From the NCBI GenBank assembly GCA_963663405.2, contig CAXXSM010000089.1:29113-93112 (forward strand): a DNA stretch of 64,000 bases, given 5' to 3'. Shown here piece by piece: positions 54,167 to 63,743 of the stretch. This DNA is from a bacterium (GTDB taxonomy: Bacteria > Hinthialibacterota > Hinthialibacteria > Hinthialibacterales > Hinthialibacteraceae). Position 1 is the first letter of the stretch. The number at the start of each line of letters is the position of its first letter. The position numbers and the translations under genes were made by a program. The notes below the pieces were generated by a model. The model searched no databases. It saw nothing but the letters and a program-made list of their open reading frames with translations, and was not told where the DNA came from.

Positions 54167-54244
54167 TATTGATGTATTTGTGTGATTTATAGGTTTAGAG
54201 AATTTGATTAGTCTTATCTACCTAAATGGCAGGGGGATAATAAT

Positions 54245-57022
54245 ATGTTAGATAAACGACTAATACATTCAATTAATAGTGGTCGTTGTTTCGTTCTCGT
54301 TGGATCAGGACCCTCCTGTGAAGTTGGATACCCCTCCTGGCACAGTCTTGCCTCACAAACTTATGAAACTCTCTTAGAGAGAGACTATAATTTAGATAAA
54401 AATTCATACAAAAAATATCTGGAGCAGAAGAAATATCCTGAGTTGTTTAGACAAGCGGAGTTAGATATTGGAGATCGCCAAAAACTGATTGATATCATTC
54501 AACAACATCTAAATCCATCAACCAAAAAAAATAGTTTTCTTTATGAACTAATTTGTACATGGCCTTTCGCCTGCTATCTCACAACAAACTATGATGATGA
54601 AATAGCCTTATATCTCAATAAAAAATATGAGCATTTCGAAGTCATTAGAAATAGAAAAAGTGATTTCTCTTTATTGCGGGATGGTGCTAATCACCTTATT
54701 CAAAAGATACATTCAGACCTCAATCACATCGATGAGGTAGTCCTTACGTCTTCCGATTACCAACTCTTTTATGTAGAGGATGCTGGGCAATATTTCCGCG
54801 ATAAACTTCGCCAAGTATTTGAAATGTTTAATTTCTTCATTATTGGTCATAGTTTATCAGATCCTGATATCGAATACGTTTTGCAACTGGCACGTAAAAC
54901 AGCAAGTCCACAACATCCTATATACATGGCCGCTGCAGATTACACAAATGCAGATGAACGAGAATATCTCGAGAAATACAATATCGTTCTTGTACGATAT
55001 TCGAACAGTGATGGTACACACTCTGAACTTCAACGAATGCTCAAAGCTACTGATCGATTCATTGTATCACGGAGTCGTCGTAAAGAGAGAGGAGAAATAA
55101 AAACAAGGTCCAAAGAAGAGTTAGAAACCACTACCGCATTGTATCTTTATAGACGGCTTAATGAAATACAGGATACAGATAACCTATCACCACTCATTCT
55201 TACTGATCTCTTTTTTGTTAATGACAAAGAAATGTCAAAAGAAGAGATAGTTTCTCTTCCAACATTGAAAAAGTTCTCCGTAACAAAAAATGCTATAGAT
55301 GCTATAGATGAATCCTTGCATTCTCTTGTAAGACAAGGCTTAGTGATCGAATCAAATGGAAGATTCTTGGTTAGTAAAAGCGGCCAAGAACGAGTCAAAG
55401 AATGTCAAACAGTCAGGGAAACGGAAAAGGATAAAGCCTTTGGTCAGTTCTGTCTAAATTTAAAGAGTAGTTATATCGGTATAACTGACAAACAGTTGGA
55501 TAAATGTAGGAAATTGGCCGAAAAGGTCATAGTCGCCAGTTTCGATAGTCGGGGTTTGACTATAGCCAACCAAGTTTTTGCTGGTCAATCCGCGAGTTAT
55601 GAAGAATTATCTGACATATTTGGCTATGTTTCTGACATTGCACGTGAACTCGATGGAATGGAACTTAAAGCCGCATTTGTGGAAGCAATGCATACATTTT
55701 TGGTTGAGCCAAACCATCCACAGAGAGAATATCTCGCTTCAGTCTCTCAAGGTTTTTTTCTTTATCACCTTCTTGGACTTGATCCGAAATGTATACAGTT
55801 GCGTCGGGATATATTTAATAAAACACTTTGGCTCTTTGATTCAAGTGTTCTCTTGCCCTTTTTAGCAGTAGGTTGTCATAACTATGACTATGCTTCTGAA
55901 CTATTTAAGATGCTCACTGACGCAAAAGCCGTACTGTATACAACACCCAATCTTCTTAAAGAGGCGTGGGATCATTTTCGATGGGCTTCGGATTTCATGA
56001 ATACATATGATGTAAGATCATCAGCGTTTCTTCAAGCAACGCTTGTGAAGGGAAGTTATAAACAAAACCTCTTTCTTGATGGTTATATAAGACTCAGCGC
56101 AGAAGGTCGGGTTGGATCATTTAAGGATTATCTCGAATTGATTTTTCCACAAGGAAAAGACCAATCTTCTTTTGAAGCGTACATTACACAGGCTGGATTG
56201 CGTGTTATAAATGTCTCCGACATAGATGGATTTATTGAAGAGGACTGGGGAGAAATTGAAGAGGCGAAGACCAAAATCAAGAATCATCGTGAGGAACAAG
56301 GTACTTTTCGTACTAAACATCAAGTCTTAGCAGAAGCTGAAGTTTGGATCTTTTTAAAAAATCTTCGTTCCGGAAAGTATTCGTTATCTAACTGTGATGA
56401 TGAGATTGAAAGATTTTATTTCGTATCACAAAGCCGAATCTTGGATCGGGAATTCCAACCGAGAGATGTTTCGACATGGACACCAGAAGCTCTATTTAGA
56501 TATGTGACAGCTCTACCAGGAAAGCAAACAAATCCTGATTTGCTTCAACAATGTATGCTCCATGAATATTATTACGCGGGTATCTCATTTATTGATAAGG
56601 AACGTTATATTCGCTTTTTCGGTCCAAGCATAAATACTGCCAAGATATCCTATGAACAAGAGAAAACTAAATATATTTCTGAAATTGAAAAAAATCATGC
56701 CGGAAATCTTGATGAAGTATTCAATAATACTCCAGATCTCGACAAGCCATTCTTTGTAGCACAAATGGGATGGAAAATTGCAGAGAAATCCAAACGTAGT
56801 GAAGAATTTGCCAAAAAACGAGAGCAGGATGCTAAACGTCGAGCTGAGTTAGCGGAAGCAAGGGTTAAGCAACTTGAATTAGAAAAAGACGAAGCTTGGA
56901 AAAAACGGGAAAAAAGAAAACAAGAACAAGAAGTTTCAAGATTGCAAAACCTTCAAGATCCTAAACATATACGCAAACGTAAGAAGCAAGCGAAGAAGCG
57001 TAGCAAACAAAAACGAAAATGA
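54245..57022 (+). CDS. SIR2-like (SIR2_2) domain protein fused to wHTH and PIN-like domains
   Basis: VGSGPS..GYPSW, LTTNYD, KIH, IGHSLSDPD; LVRQGLV...FLVSKSG wing; LFDSSVLLP...YTTPNLLKE; AT-rich. Confidence 0.8.
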   Translation: MLDKRLIHSINSGRCFVLVGSGPSCEVGYPSWHSLASQTYETLLERDYNLDKNSYKKYLEQKKYPELFRQAELDIGDRQKLIDIIQQHLNPSTKKNSFLYELICTWPFACYLTTNYDDEIALYLNKKYEHFEVIRNRKSDFSLLRDGANHLIQKIHSDLNHIDEVVLTSSDYQLFYVEDAGQYFRDKLRQVFEMFNFFIIGHSLSDPDIEYVLQLARKTASPQHPIYMAAADYTNADEREYLEKYNIVLVRYSNSDGTHSELQRMLKATDRFIVSRSRRKERGEIKTRSKEELETTTALYLYRRLNEIQDTDNLSPLILTDLFFVNDKEMSKEEIVSLPTLKKFSVTKNAIDAIDESLHSLVRQGLVIESNGRFLVSKSGQERVKECQTVRETEKDKAFGQFCLNLKSSYIGITDKQLDKCRKLAEKVIVASFDSRGLTIANQVFAGQSASYEELSDIFGYVSDIARELDGMELKAAFVEAMHTFLVEPNHPQREYLASVSQGFFLYHLLGLDPKCIQLRRDIFNKTLWLFDSSVLLPFLAVGCHNYDYASELFKMLTDAKAVLYTTPNLLKEAWDHFRWASDFMNTYDVRSSAFLQATLVKGSYKQNLFLDGYIRLSAEGRVGSFKDYLELIFPQGKDQSSFEAYITQAGLRVINVSDIDGFIEEDWGEIEEAKTKIKNHREEQGTFRTKHQVLAEAEVWIFLKNLRSGKYSLSNCDDEIERFYFVSQSRILDREFQPRDVSTWTPEALFRYVTALPGKQTNPDLLQQCMLHEYYYAGISFIDKERYIRFFGPSINTAKISYEQEKTKYISEIEKNHAGNLDEVFNNTPDLDKPFFVAQMGWKIAEKSKRSEEFAKKREQDAKRRAELAEARVKQLELEKDEAWKKREKRKQEQEVSRLQNLQDPKHIRKRKKQAKKRSKQKRK

Positions 57023-57243
57023 ATGAAGAAATAGAATGTTGAATACGGATTGATTTTATATATTATAAACAAAGTATTGTCCTATCATTTAATTGAATAC
57101 CAATTTTGGATTTTATGAATGAATGATGACTATTGCATTTTAATTTAGGCTTGCATTGAATATATGTATAATAACAAAAAATAAATAACTAATTTTTATT
57201 AGTAAATTCGTTGTATACATACTAGTTGTAATAACTTAAGGTT

Positions 57244-57891
57244 ATGAGTGACATCCGTGGGATTCCAATCGTCGTCTCCGGACCCTCCGGAGTTGGGAAA
57301 GGAACCGTGATCGCCCGGCTGCTTGAGCGATGGCCGGAGCCGAAACTTTCTATCTCGATGACAACCCGTTCTCCCCGGCCTGGAGAACGGAACCAGGAGG
57401 ATTATTTTTTCGTCTCCCGTGATGAATTCGAACGAGCGATCGAGCGGGATGAACTGGTCGAATGGGCGGAGGTTTATGGGAATTATTACGGGACGCCGAA
57501 ATGTATGCTAGATGAATCTTTTTCCGCTGGACGTGACGTGATTCTGGACATCGACGTTCAAGGCATGGGAGCGGTACGAAGCTTGTACGAAGACGCGATC
57601 GGCGTCTACATTGTCCCCCCATCCTGGGATGAACTGAGACGCCGCCTTTTCAACCGCGACAAAGGAGAGGGAGACAACCTGGACCAACGTTTAGGAGAAG
57701 CCGAACGCGAAATTCAATACATCGGCCTTTACGACTACATCATCATCAACGACACCATAGAACAAGCGGCAACTGATCTCCAATCTATCATTACTACCCA
57801 AAGACTCCACCGCAACCGCATCGAACAACATCTTATAACCCGCGGCATCCTAAATGAACTACCCAATGGACCGCGAGCATCCCAAAAATGA
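57244..57891 (+). CDS. gmk: Guanylate kinase
   Basis: SGPSGVGKGT, SMTTRSPRPGE, YYGT, LDIDVQG, PPS, YDYIIIND. Confidence 0.97.
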   Translation: MSDIRGIPIVVSGPSGVGKGTVIARLLERWPEPKLSISMTTRSPRPGERNQEDYFFVSRDEFERAIERDELVEWAEVYGNYYGTPKCMLDESFSAGRDVILDIDVQGMGAVRSLYEDAIGVYIVPPSWDELRRRLFNRDKGEGDNLDQRLGEAEREIQYIGLYDYIIINDTIEQAATDLQSIITTQRLHRNRIEQHLITRGILNELPNGPRASQK

Positions 57892-58068
57892 ATGCGGGTA
57901 ATTCCAATGGAGCGCGGGCGTCCCGCCCGTGAAAGAGTGAGATTCCTATCACCCGCAAAAAAAAGACTTGAAAGCAATCTCATTTTCATGCAATACTTAT
58001 TCAAGCCGAGTCTAAAACGAACGGTATCTTGTTAGAGTTCTCAATCATCCACAATTGTGGGGGAAACC

Positions 58069-58725
58069 ATGAAGACCAACGCTTTTACCTTGATTGAATT
58101 GCTTATCGTTGTCGCGATTATCGGTATCCTGGCGGCGATCGCGGTTCCAAACTTTATGAACGCGCGTATCCGGGCCAACGCCGCGAAATCATTTTCAGAT
58201 ATCCGGATGCTGTTCGAACTCAATATCACGCGCAAGCTGGATACGAATCTCTGGATGCCGGATGGAAATGACAAAGGCTGGACCAATCACAACGGTGAGG
58301 TGTCACCGGACGATGTCTGCGCGTTGGATCATTTCGGACCACGGTGGGGCAGAACCTGCGCCGACGCGGGTTTGGATCCATGCTACGATCCATATCATGA
58401 TGGGCGTGTGTTGTCTCAACTGACCACACCGGTTTCCTATATGAACAGCATCCCCGTCGATCCCTTCTTGAACGGGCTTTTCGTAGCCTATGGCACGAGT
58501 GGATGCCCGAACAACGCGGGTTATTACTGGGTATTCATGGCGGGCGGGCCGGACCGGGATAACTACGATATCGCCTGGTCGACCGCGAGTTCCTCCATCC
58601 CCTACGTCCCATCGAATGGCCTGATTTCAAATGGAGATATCTGGAAATCGTACCGGCTCAATGAAAGCACGGACACATACGATTGGAAGATCGCTTTTGG
58701 ACAATACCCCGATTCATTTTTTTAG
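58069..58725 (+). CDS. Prepilin-type protein, paralog 4
   Basis: A|FTLIELLIVVAIIGILAAIAVPNF; LTTPVSY, DPF, GPDRD, YVPSNGLISNGDIW. Confidence 0.9.
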   Translation: MKTNAFTLIELLIVVAIIGILAAIAVPNFMNARIRANAAKSFSDIRMLFELNITRKLDTNLWMPDGNDKGWTNHNGEVSPDDVCALDHFGPRWGRTCADAGLDPCYDPYHDGRVLSQLTTPVSYMNSIPVDPFLNGLFVAYGTSGCPNNAGYYWVFMAGGPDRDNYDIAWSTASSSIPYVPSNGLISNGDIWKSYRLNESTDTYDWKIAFGQYPDSFF

Positions 58726-58756
58726 GGAAGATAAAATTTGGAAGAAAAAAGAAAAA

Positions 58757-58829
58757 TGGAGCGCATGGGACTTGAACCCACGACCCCTACCTTGCGAAGG
58801 TAGTGCTCTCCCAGCTGAGCTAGCGCCCC
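58757..58829 (-). tRNA. tRNA-Ala(CGC), CCA not encoded
   Basis: GGGGCGC/GCGCTCC acceptor with G3:U70; anticodon arm CTACC-TTCGCAA-GGTAG; GGTTCAAGTCC T-arm. Confidence 0.96.
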
Positions 58830-58910
58830 AATGGTGTTTACAATCACTATCATCATCATGCGGAAGATATTTTAAAGCCTGCTCGATATCCGCATGACTA
58901 CAGAAATTAA

Positions 58911-58938
58911 ATTATAGTAATCAACCGGGATTTGGCAA
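58911..58938 (-). promoter_or_regulatory. Sigma70-like promoter for tRNA-Ala
   Basis: TTGCCA-16bp-TATAAT on the minus strand. Confidence 0.6.
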
Positions 58939-59043
58939 ACCCCCATCAAGCCTGATCGGAATAAAATCATGCGTTCTAAGCATTCGAGGGTTAAAAGAGA
59001 CCGTGATCGCGTTATAATATAAAATCAACTAAAATCAACCGAT

Positions 59044-59117
<74 letters not shown>

Positions 59118-59166
59118 TATTGATTTTACTGGACTTACATTTGTGTCCTGAAAACCAAAAACTCCA

Positions 59167-59188
59167 TTGTCTGATTTTTGTCTGATTT
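59167..59188. repeat. Tandem 11-bp direct repeat, putative integrase arm-type sites
   Basis: TTGTCTGATTT twice, between tRNA and excisionase. Confidence 0.5.
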
Positions 59189-59195
59189 TTTGTTT

Positions 59196-59432
59196 TTAAA
59201 AAATCGGGTTTTCTGTATTGGAATCAATCCACTTCTCTAATTTTTTTCTATTAAACCGAATTAACCGGCCCACTCGAAAATGCGGAATCACGCTGGCTCG
59301 CACTAAATCACGCAGCTGACGAGATGTCGTATTGAGGTATCGCGCCGCTTGCTCAATGTTCATGTTAAGCGGTACTTCTTCTTCGTGACACACGGGGCGT
59401 AAATCCGATTTTTTCTCTGATGGACTTGTCAT
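59196..59432 (-). CDS. Excisionase-family (HTH_17) DNA-binding protein
   Basis: MNIEQAARYLNTTSRQLRDLV...IPHFRVGRLIRFNRKKLEKWI. Confidence 0.88.
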   Translation of the reverse strand: MTSPSEKKSDLRPVCHEEEVPLNMNIEQAARYLNTTSRQLRDLVRASVIPHFRVGRLIRFNRKKLEKWIDSNTENPIF

Positions 59433-59532
59433 TGTATTTCTTCTTTATACCGAAGATCCAGTGAACTTTTTATGGTATTCCGGTTGGTATCGTGACCGGC
59501 GAAGATTCACCGGCCAACATACAAATCGGAAA

Positions 59533-59835
59533 TCAATCTGACAGGGTTTTGTTTGGAAGCGCCGCGCCTTCTTCTTTGAGAGTGGTCCGGCGGCCAGGCT
59601 TCTTGTTTTGATCCACCCCCGCGAAAACAATCAATCCTTCGCGGCTGACTGCCTCATTCCCAAACGCGATGTGAAAACTATCCGGTAATTGATCGCCAGA
59701 TACCAGATAGAGATCCACCTCCTCTTTTTTGAGGGTTTTTAAGACCGTTGGATTTAGTGAGGTTTTGTAATAAACCTCTCCTTCCTTCCCATTCTTTTTC
59801 TCACAGACGGCGATGATCTTTCGCGCATTGTTCAT
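59533..59835 (-). CDS. Hypothetical protein (3' end may be frameshifted)
   Basis: 100-aa ORF with AAAGGA RBS, co-oriented in the island operon. Confidence 0.55.
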   Translation of the reverse strand: MNNARKIIAVCEKKNGKEGEVYYKTSLNPTVLKTLKKEEVDLYLVSGDQLPDSFHIAFGNEAVSREGLIVFAGVDQNKKPGRRTTLKEEGAALPNKTLSD

Positions 59836-60016
59836 GGTTGATGTCCTTTCTTTTTTTATCTTTGGCCATGATTGATCTCAATTCTTTAAAACCTATCGAG
59901 TCAATCAGGCGTTTGGACTGGGTTGTGAATTCGGTGGCTTGTTGTGGGCCAACTGCGTTTTCACTTTGTTCTGTTTTTTTCGATCCAATTTCGCTCCTTT
60001 TTCACCGGAACGGTGA

Positions 60017-60646
60017 TTAAAGATTCTTGAAAAATGAAAGTTGATTGGGTGAGAACTGGTTCGTAATGGACGTGGATAACACGTGTGGATTGAGAGACCG
60101 GGCTTTGTCGTAATACTCTCTGGCTTTATATCGCTCGCCGCACATCAACGCGCAGACGGCCATATACATAAATGTCTTTTCCCGATCGGTTTGATTGAGG
60201 TGGGTTTCTTCGATGTCAGAGAAAACATTAAACGCTAATTGGAACTGCGATTTTTCATAAATCTCGATTCCTCTTCTCATCAGTTGACCAGCCTTTTTGT
60301 TCAATAATAGGATATCTTTTTTTTGTTTCTCTGTGTTTTGAGAGGAAGACTTTGATGAAGAAGACCTTGAATCGCTTCCTGTGTTTCTGATTTCTTGAGG
60401 CTGTCTGGTTATTAAAGAGTAGCCAGCCGTTTTCATAATTGGTTTCGGGGTTGGTGTGGGGCGCTTGACCGGCGTATAACGCGTCTGCGTATTATATGAT
60501 GTTTTGGTGGGAGTGGGTTTTGGCCCTGTGCCCAGTATATCATCCAGAGCGACTCCCAAAGGTGTGAACACACCTGTTGTGGAACAGGCGGAAAATGCGA
60601 TCACAATGAATACACTCAATCCAATCATGGCGAATAAATTTTTCAT
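60017..60646 (-). CDS. Lipoprotein with Pro/Thr/Ser-rich linker and C-terminal TPR
   Basis: Lipobox FSAC; PKPTPTK linker; AREYYDKARSLNP; ATGA overlap with upstream gene. Confidence 0.75.
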   Translation of the reverse strand: MKNLFAMIGLSVFIVIAFSACSTTGVFTPLGVALDDILGTGPKPTPTKTSYNTQTRYTPVKRPTPTPKPIMKTAGYSLITRQPQEIRNTGSDSRSSSSKSSSQNTEKQKKDILLLNKKAGQLMRRGIEIYEKSQFQLAFNVFSDIEETHLNQTDREKTFMYMAVCALMCGERYKAREYYDKARSLNPHVLSTSITNQFSPNQLSFFKNL

Positions 60647-61632
60647 GGCGATATCCTTTCGAAGGTAATTGTGAAATTCAAATCCTTAACTCGAACAACT
60701 GACCGGCGGTTTTCCTGCACCGTTACCTCGGGAACACGAAACGGGTGGGGATTCATATCGAAAATCAAACTGTATTCACCGGGAGAAACTCGAATGGGAT
60801 CCACCATCGGCGCAGTGGTTTTGATGATTTTTCTGTTGACGACGCCATTTTTGTAAATGGTGACTACCGACCAGGGAGTTGGATTCTGTTCTTTTGAAAA
60901 ATGAGCGTACACAATCAACTCTCCTTTTCCCGTTCGAATTCTTCGATCCGGTTCCCTTGGTGAATCGATTCTGTTGGATTCATAGGAACTGGATTGTCTC
61001 GCATGTCGATTCGGTTTCTCACTGGTGCAAGAACGTGATGAAAGCAAGAAAGAACAGAGGATGGTCATTACGAATCCACCAACGATTGCGGCGCTGATTT
61101 GAGGATAGATCGCCCAGAATCGTTGGCCGGTTTCATACAATCGTTTCCCAAACTCATATAGTTGGATCGCATATGAACCCATCTGTTGAAGAAAAGATCC
61201 AAACTTTTTGATCCATTGATTTATCGTGGAAAAAAATTCATAGACCTGGGCCGGATCCCAACTTGCGGGTTTCGTTTTTACGGGTTTGGGAGAGGACGCT
61301 TTGGGCGCTGATGGGGAGCCCGTATACCGGAAAATGGAAGGATTATTATTGATCCAGTCGAAATGCTCGTTAAGAATGGCCCGGCATTGATTCATTTCTT
61401 GGATGAAGGCGTTGAATTGATCCCGATCCCGATTCACATTCGTGAAAGTCGCGTTGGCTTCATTAATTTTTTTTTGAAAGCGGCTCGTGATCGCTGACAG
61501 ATCCAATGGTAAATCCTGGCGTGTAAAGCCAAATACGCTCAAGGCTTTTCGCATAGCCGCTTTCGGATCTCCGCCACGCATTATCGATCTCCCGTTCGTT
61601 GGAATAGGGGGGGGAACTTTGTTCCCCCCCAT
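60643..61632 (-). CDS. J-like domain (no HPD) - linker - TM helix - PEGA-like domain
   Basis: ALSVFGF...LSAITSRFQKK...FIQEMNQCRAIL follows the J-domain helix pattern; TM ISAAIVGGFVMTILCSFLL; GELIV...PWSVV...VSPGEY. Confidence 0.6.
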   Translation of the reverse strand: MGGNKVPPPIPTNGRSIMRGGDPKAAMRKALSVFGFTRQDLPLDLSAITSRFQKKINEANATFTNVNRDRDQFNAFIQEMNQCRAILNEHFDWINNNPSIFRYTGSPSAPKASSPKPVKTKPASWDPAQVYEFFSTINQWIKKFGSFLQQMGSYAIQLYEFGKRLYETGQRFWAIYPQISAAIVGGFVMTILCSFLLSSRSCTSEKPNRHARQSSSYESNRIDSPREPDRRIRTGKGELIVYAHFSKEQNPTPWSVVTIYKNGVVNRKIIKTTAPMVDPIRVSPGEYSLIFDMNPHPFRVPEVTVQENRRSVVRVKDLNFTITFERISP

Positions 61633-61647
61633 CCCACTGTCACTAAC

Positions 61648-63191
61648 TCAACTATCCGATTGTTCTTCGTATTGCACGGAGATTTCGAATTCCGTCTGGC
61701 CATCACCCATCAAATCACGCCCTAAGACTTTAAGGATGATTTGCTCGTCTACTTCCATGCTGATTTCGACCTGTTCTTGGAGGTTGGGATTATCCGGATT
61801 CAATTTGATTCTCGATTGCCCGATTTTATCATCCGGGGAAAACAGCGTGTCCGGTTTGCCTTTAGTGATTTGAATCAACGCTTGTTGTTGGTTTCGACTT
61901 TTTGGGGCGAAGCGGCCCATCATGGCTTTCGTGGGAATCCGCGTTCCTTTCGGAATAATAAGTGAGTTATACAGCTGATCGCCGCCATGGCAGGCGGCGA
62001 CACATAAATCATGCGGCAGTATTTTCCAGATTTTGATATCGGGAAGATACCGTGTTTCTGAAAACTGGTTTCCTGTTTCGTTCTGTTTTTGAATCGACGA
62101 GAGACAGTTTCCTTGTACCACATCAAATTGTGGATCGCTGGAAATCATAATCTCTGTGGTGGGAAAATGGGATTCAATCGTGGATTGAACCATCTCCGTT
62201 TGAGACGATCCCCCTGTTAAAAAGACGTAATCGATCTGCTCCTTATCCAAATTCGCTTCCTGAAGGGTTTGATCGATGCTGGTTACCACCTTTTCCATTA
62301 ATTCTTTTCCCAGTCGATTGAATTCTTCGCGGGTGAGTTGAAATGTGGTGTAGTTTTTCCCGTCCCAAACCGGAATAACCGCCGTATCGGATTCAGACAA
62401 GGAATGTTTGGCGGACTCAGCGTTGATAAATAACTGGGAAAGAACCACAGGATCGGTGGGTAAAACGCCACCAAACGATCGATCTTTTACCAACGATACG
62501 ATCAACTGGTTAATATCATGACCCGCCACATCGCAGGCGCGCGTGGCCTTGATTTCAAACTCATTTTCCGCTTCGTTCTTTTTGACAATGGAGATATCCG
62601 TAGTTCCACCCCCGTTGTCAAAAACGAGCCCGATCCCGGCTAACGGGGCTTGGGTTACCAGATTTTTGAGCGCCTGGTTAGGTTCATTATCCAAGCCACA
62701 CAAGTTGATCCCGGCGTCTTTAACCGCCTGGCGCCACAACGCATGTTCCCCGCGCGTCGAAATTCGCCGGACAGGAAGCGAATACAGGTAAATCCTGAAT
62801 GGGGAACTGGACAAACTCAGACGCCCTTTTTAAAGACGTATTCAAAAAAACGTGTTAACATCTGAAGAGGAGTCACCGGTTTTCCATCGACATATAAACA
62901 CGCGCTCTCGCGTTCACTCAATTGATCTTTGCCGATGGAATACACACTCTCTTTCCCCTCAATAGCCAGATTCAACGCCTTTTGGCCGAATACCAAGCCT
63001 TCTTCCGGGGAGATCCCGACCCGGCTTGGGAAGGTCCGCGAACCATCAATCGGCACAACTCGTTTTTCCAGTTTGCCGTCTTGGATGCGGGCCAGCATGA
63101 TCGTTGTGGAATGATTCCCGCCATCAAATCCCACAAACACACGAATGGTCGATTGTAAACTCGTTTCGTTTAAATTCCTGGATTGCGTCAA
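61648..63191 (-). CDS. Divergent Hsp70-family protein lacking the helical lid (two indels near 62750-62830)
   Basis: GFDGGNHST, TFPS, corrected frame SCPANFD, NEP, VFDNGGGTTD, AESAKHSLS, LTGGSS, IIPKGTRIP. Confidence 0.88.
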
Positions 63192-63743
63192 GCTTGATGA
63201 TCTTCGTTTTCATCTTCTTCTTTCTCCTTTGTCTTAGGTTCGGTGGCGACAACCACCCCCCGCCGGTCTGATCAGACGGTCATTGATCCGAATTCCATAA
63301 AAAACGAAATTGGCGATCGTTCCTGGCGCTTTCTTGGAGTCGGCCGAAACCGCCTTCAGCATGGATTGCCAGGAGGGATCGAACGGTTCACCCACCAATT
63401 CGTCCGAGCCAAGCACTTCACATCCGAGGCGATTCATGATTTCAAGAAGAGTCACATGAATGGCCAGGTATTCATTCCGTTTTTTGGATTGCCGCGAGAT
63501 CAGGTCGAGTTTCTGTTTGAGGCTCGAACTCAACGCGCATAAGAGATTCACGGCAAGGATCTGGTTGGAACAGGCGAAAAGATCGTCTCGGAACCGATTC
63601 ACGGTTTCGAAATCAGTTTTCATCTCCTCCCATAAGACCGGATCGGACTTTTGAAGTGAATACAATTTCTCCAGAGTGGTATTGATTTTTTGGAGAAGCG
63701 GTTCCAATTGCTGGTAAAACTGGGTTTGTTCCTGTTTTGTCAT
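63188..63743 (-). CDS. Divergent GrpE-like nucleotide exchange factor (one indel in a G tract near 63260)
   Basis: N-terminal helix; VGEPFDP, GTI, GIRINDRLIRPA; removing one G gives GVVVA and a stop overlapping the Hsp70 TTG; GGAGG RBS. Confidence 0.8.

Noticed and set aside
58930-58965. c-di-GMP-I riboswitch (GGCAAACC)
   Set aside because: Downstream GAAA/GCAAAG elements are missing; the sequence is explained by the -35 box of the tRNA-Ala promoter
59167-59188. Another copy of the TTGTCTGAA element
   Set aside because: Shares only TTGTCTGA, is a direct repeat, and lacks the AGGAT arms and inverted end
61648-61650. Selenocysteine at the in-frame TGA
   Set aside because: Lies in a linker rather than a redox motif, and no convincing SECIS-like hairpin follows
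61648-63743. Housekeeping grpE-dnaK-dnaJ heat-shock operon
   Set aside because: Motifs too divergent, no lid, no HPD, G/F region or zinc finger, no hrcA/CIRCE seen, and island context
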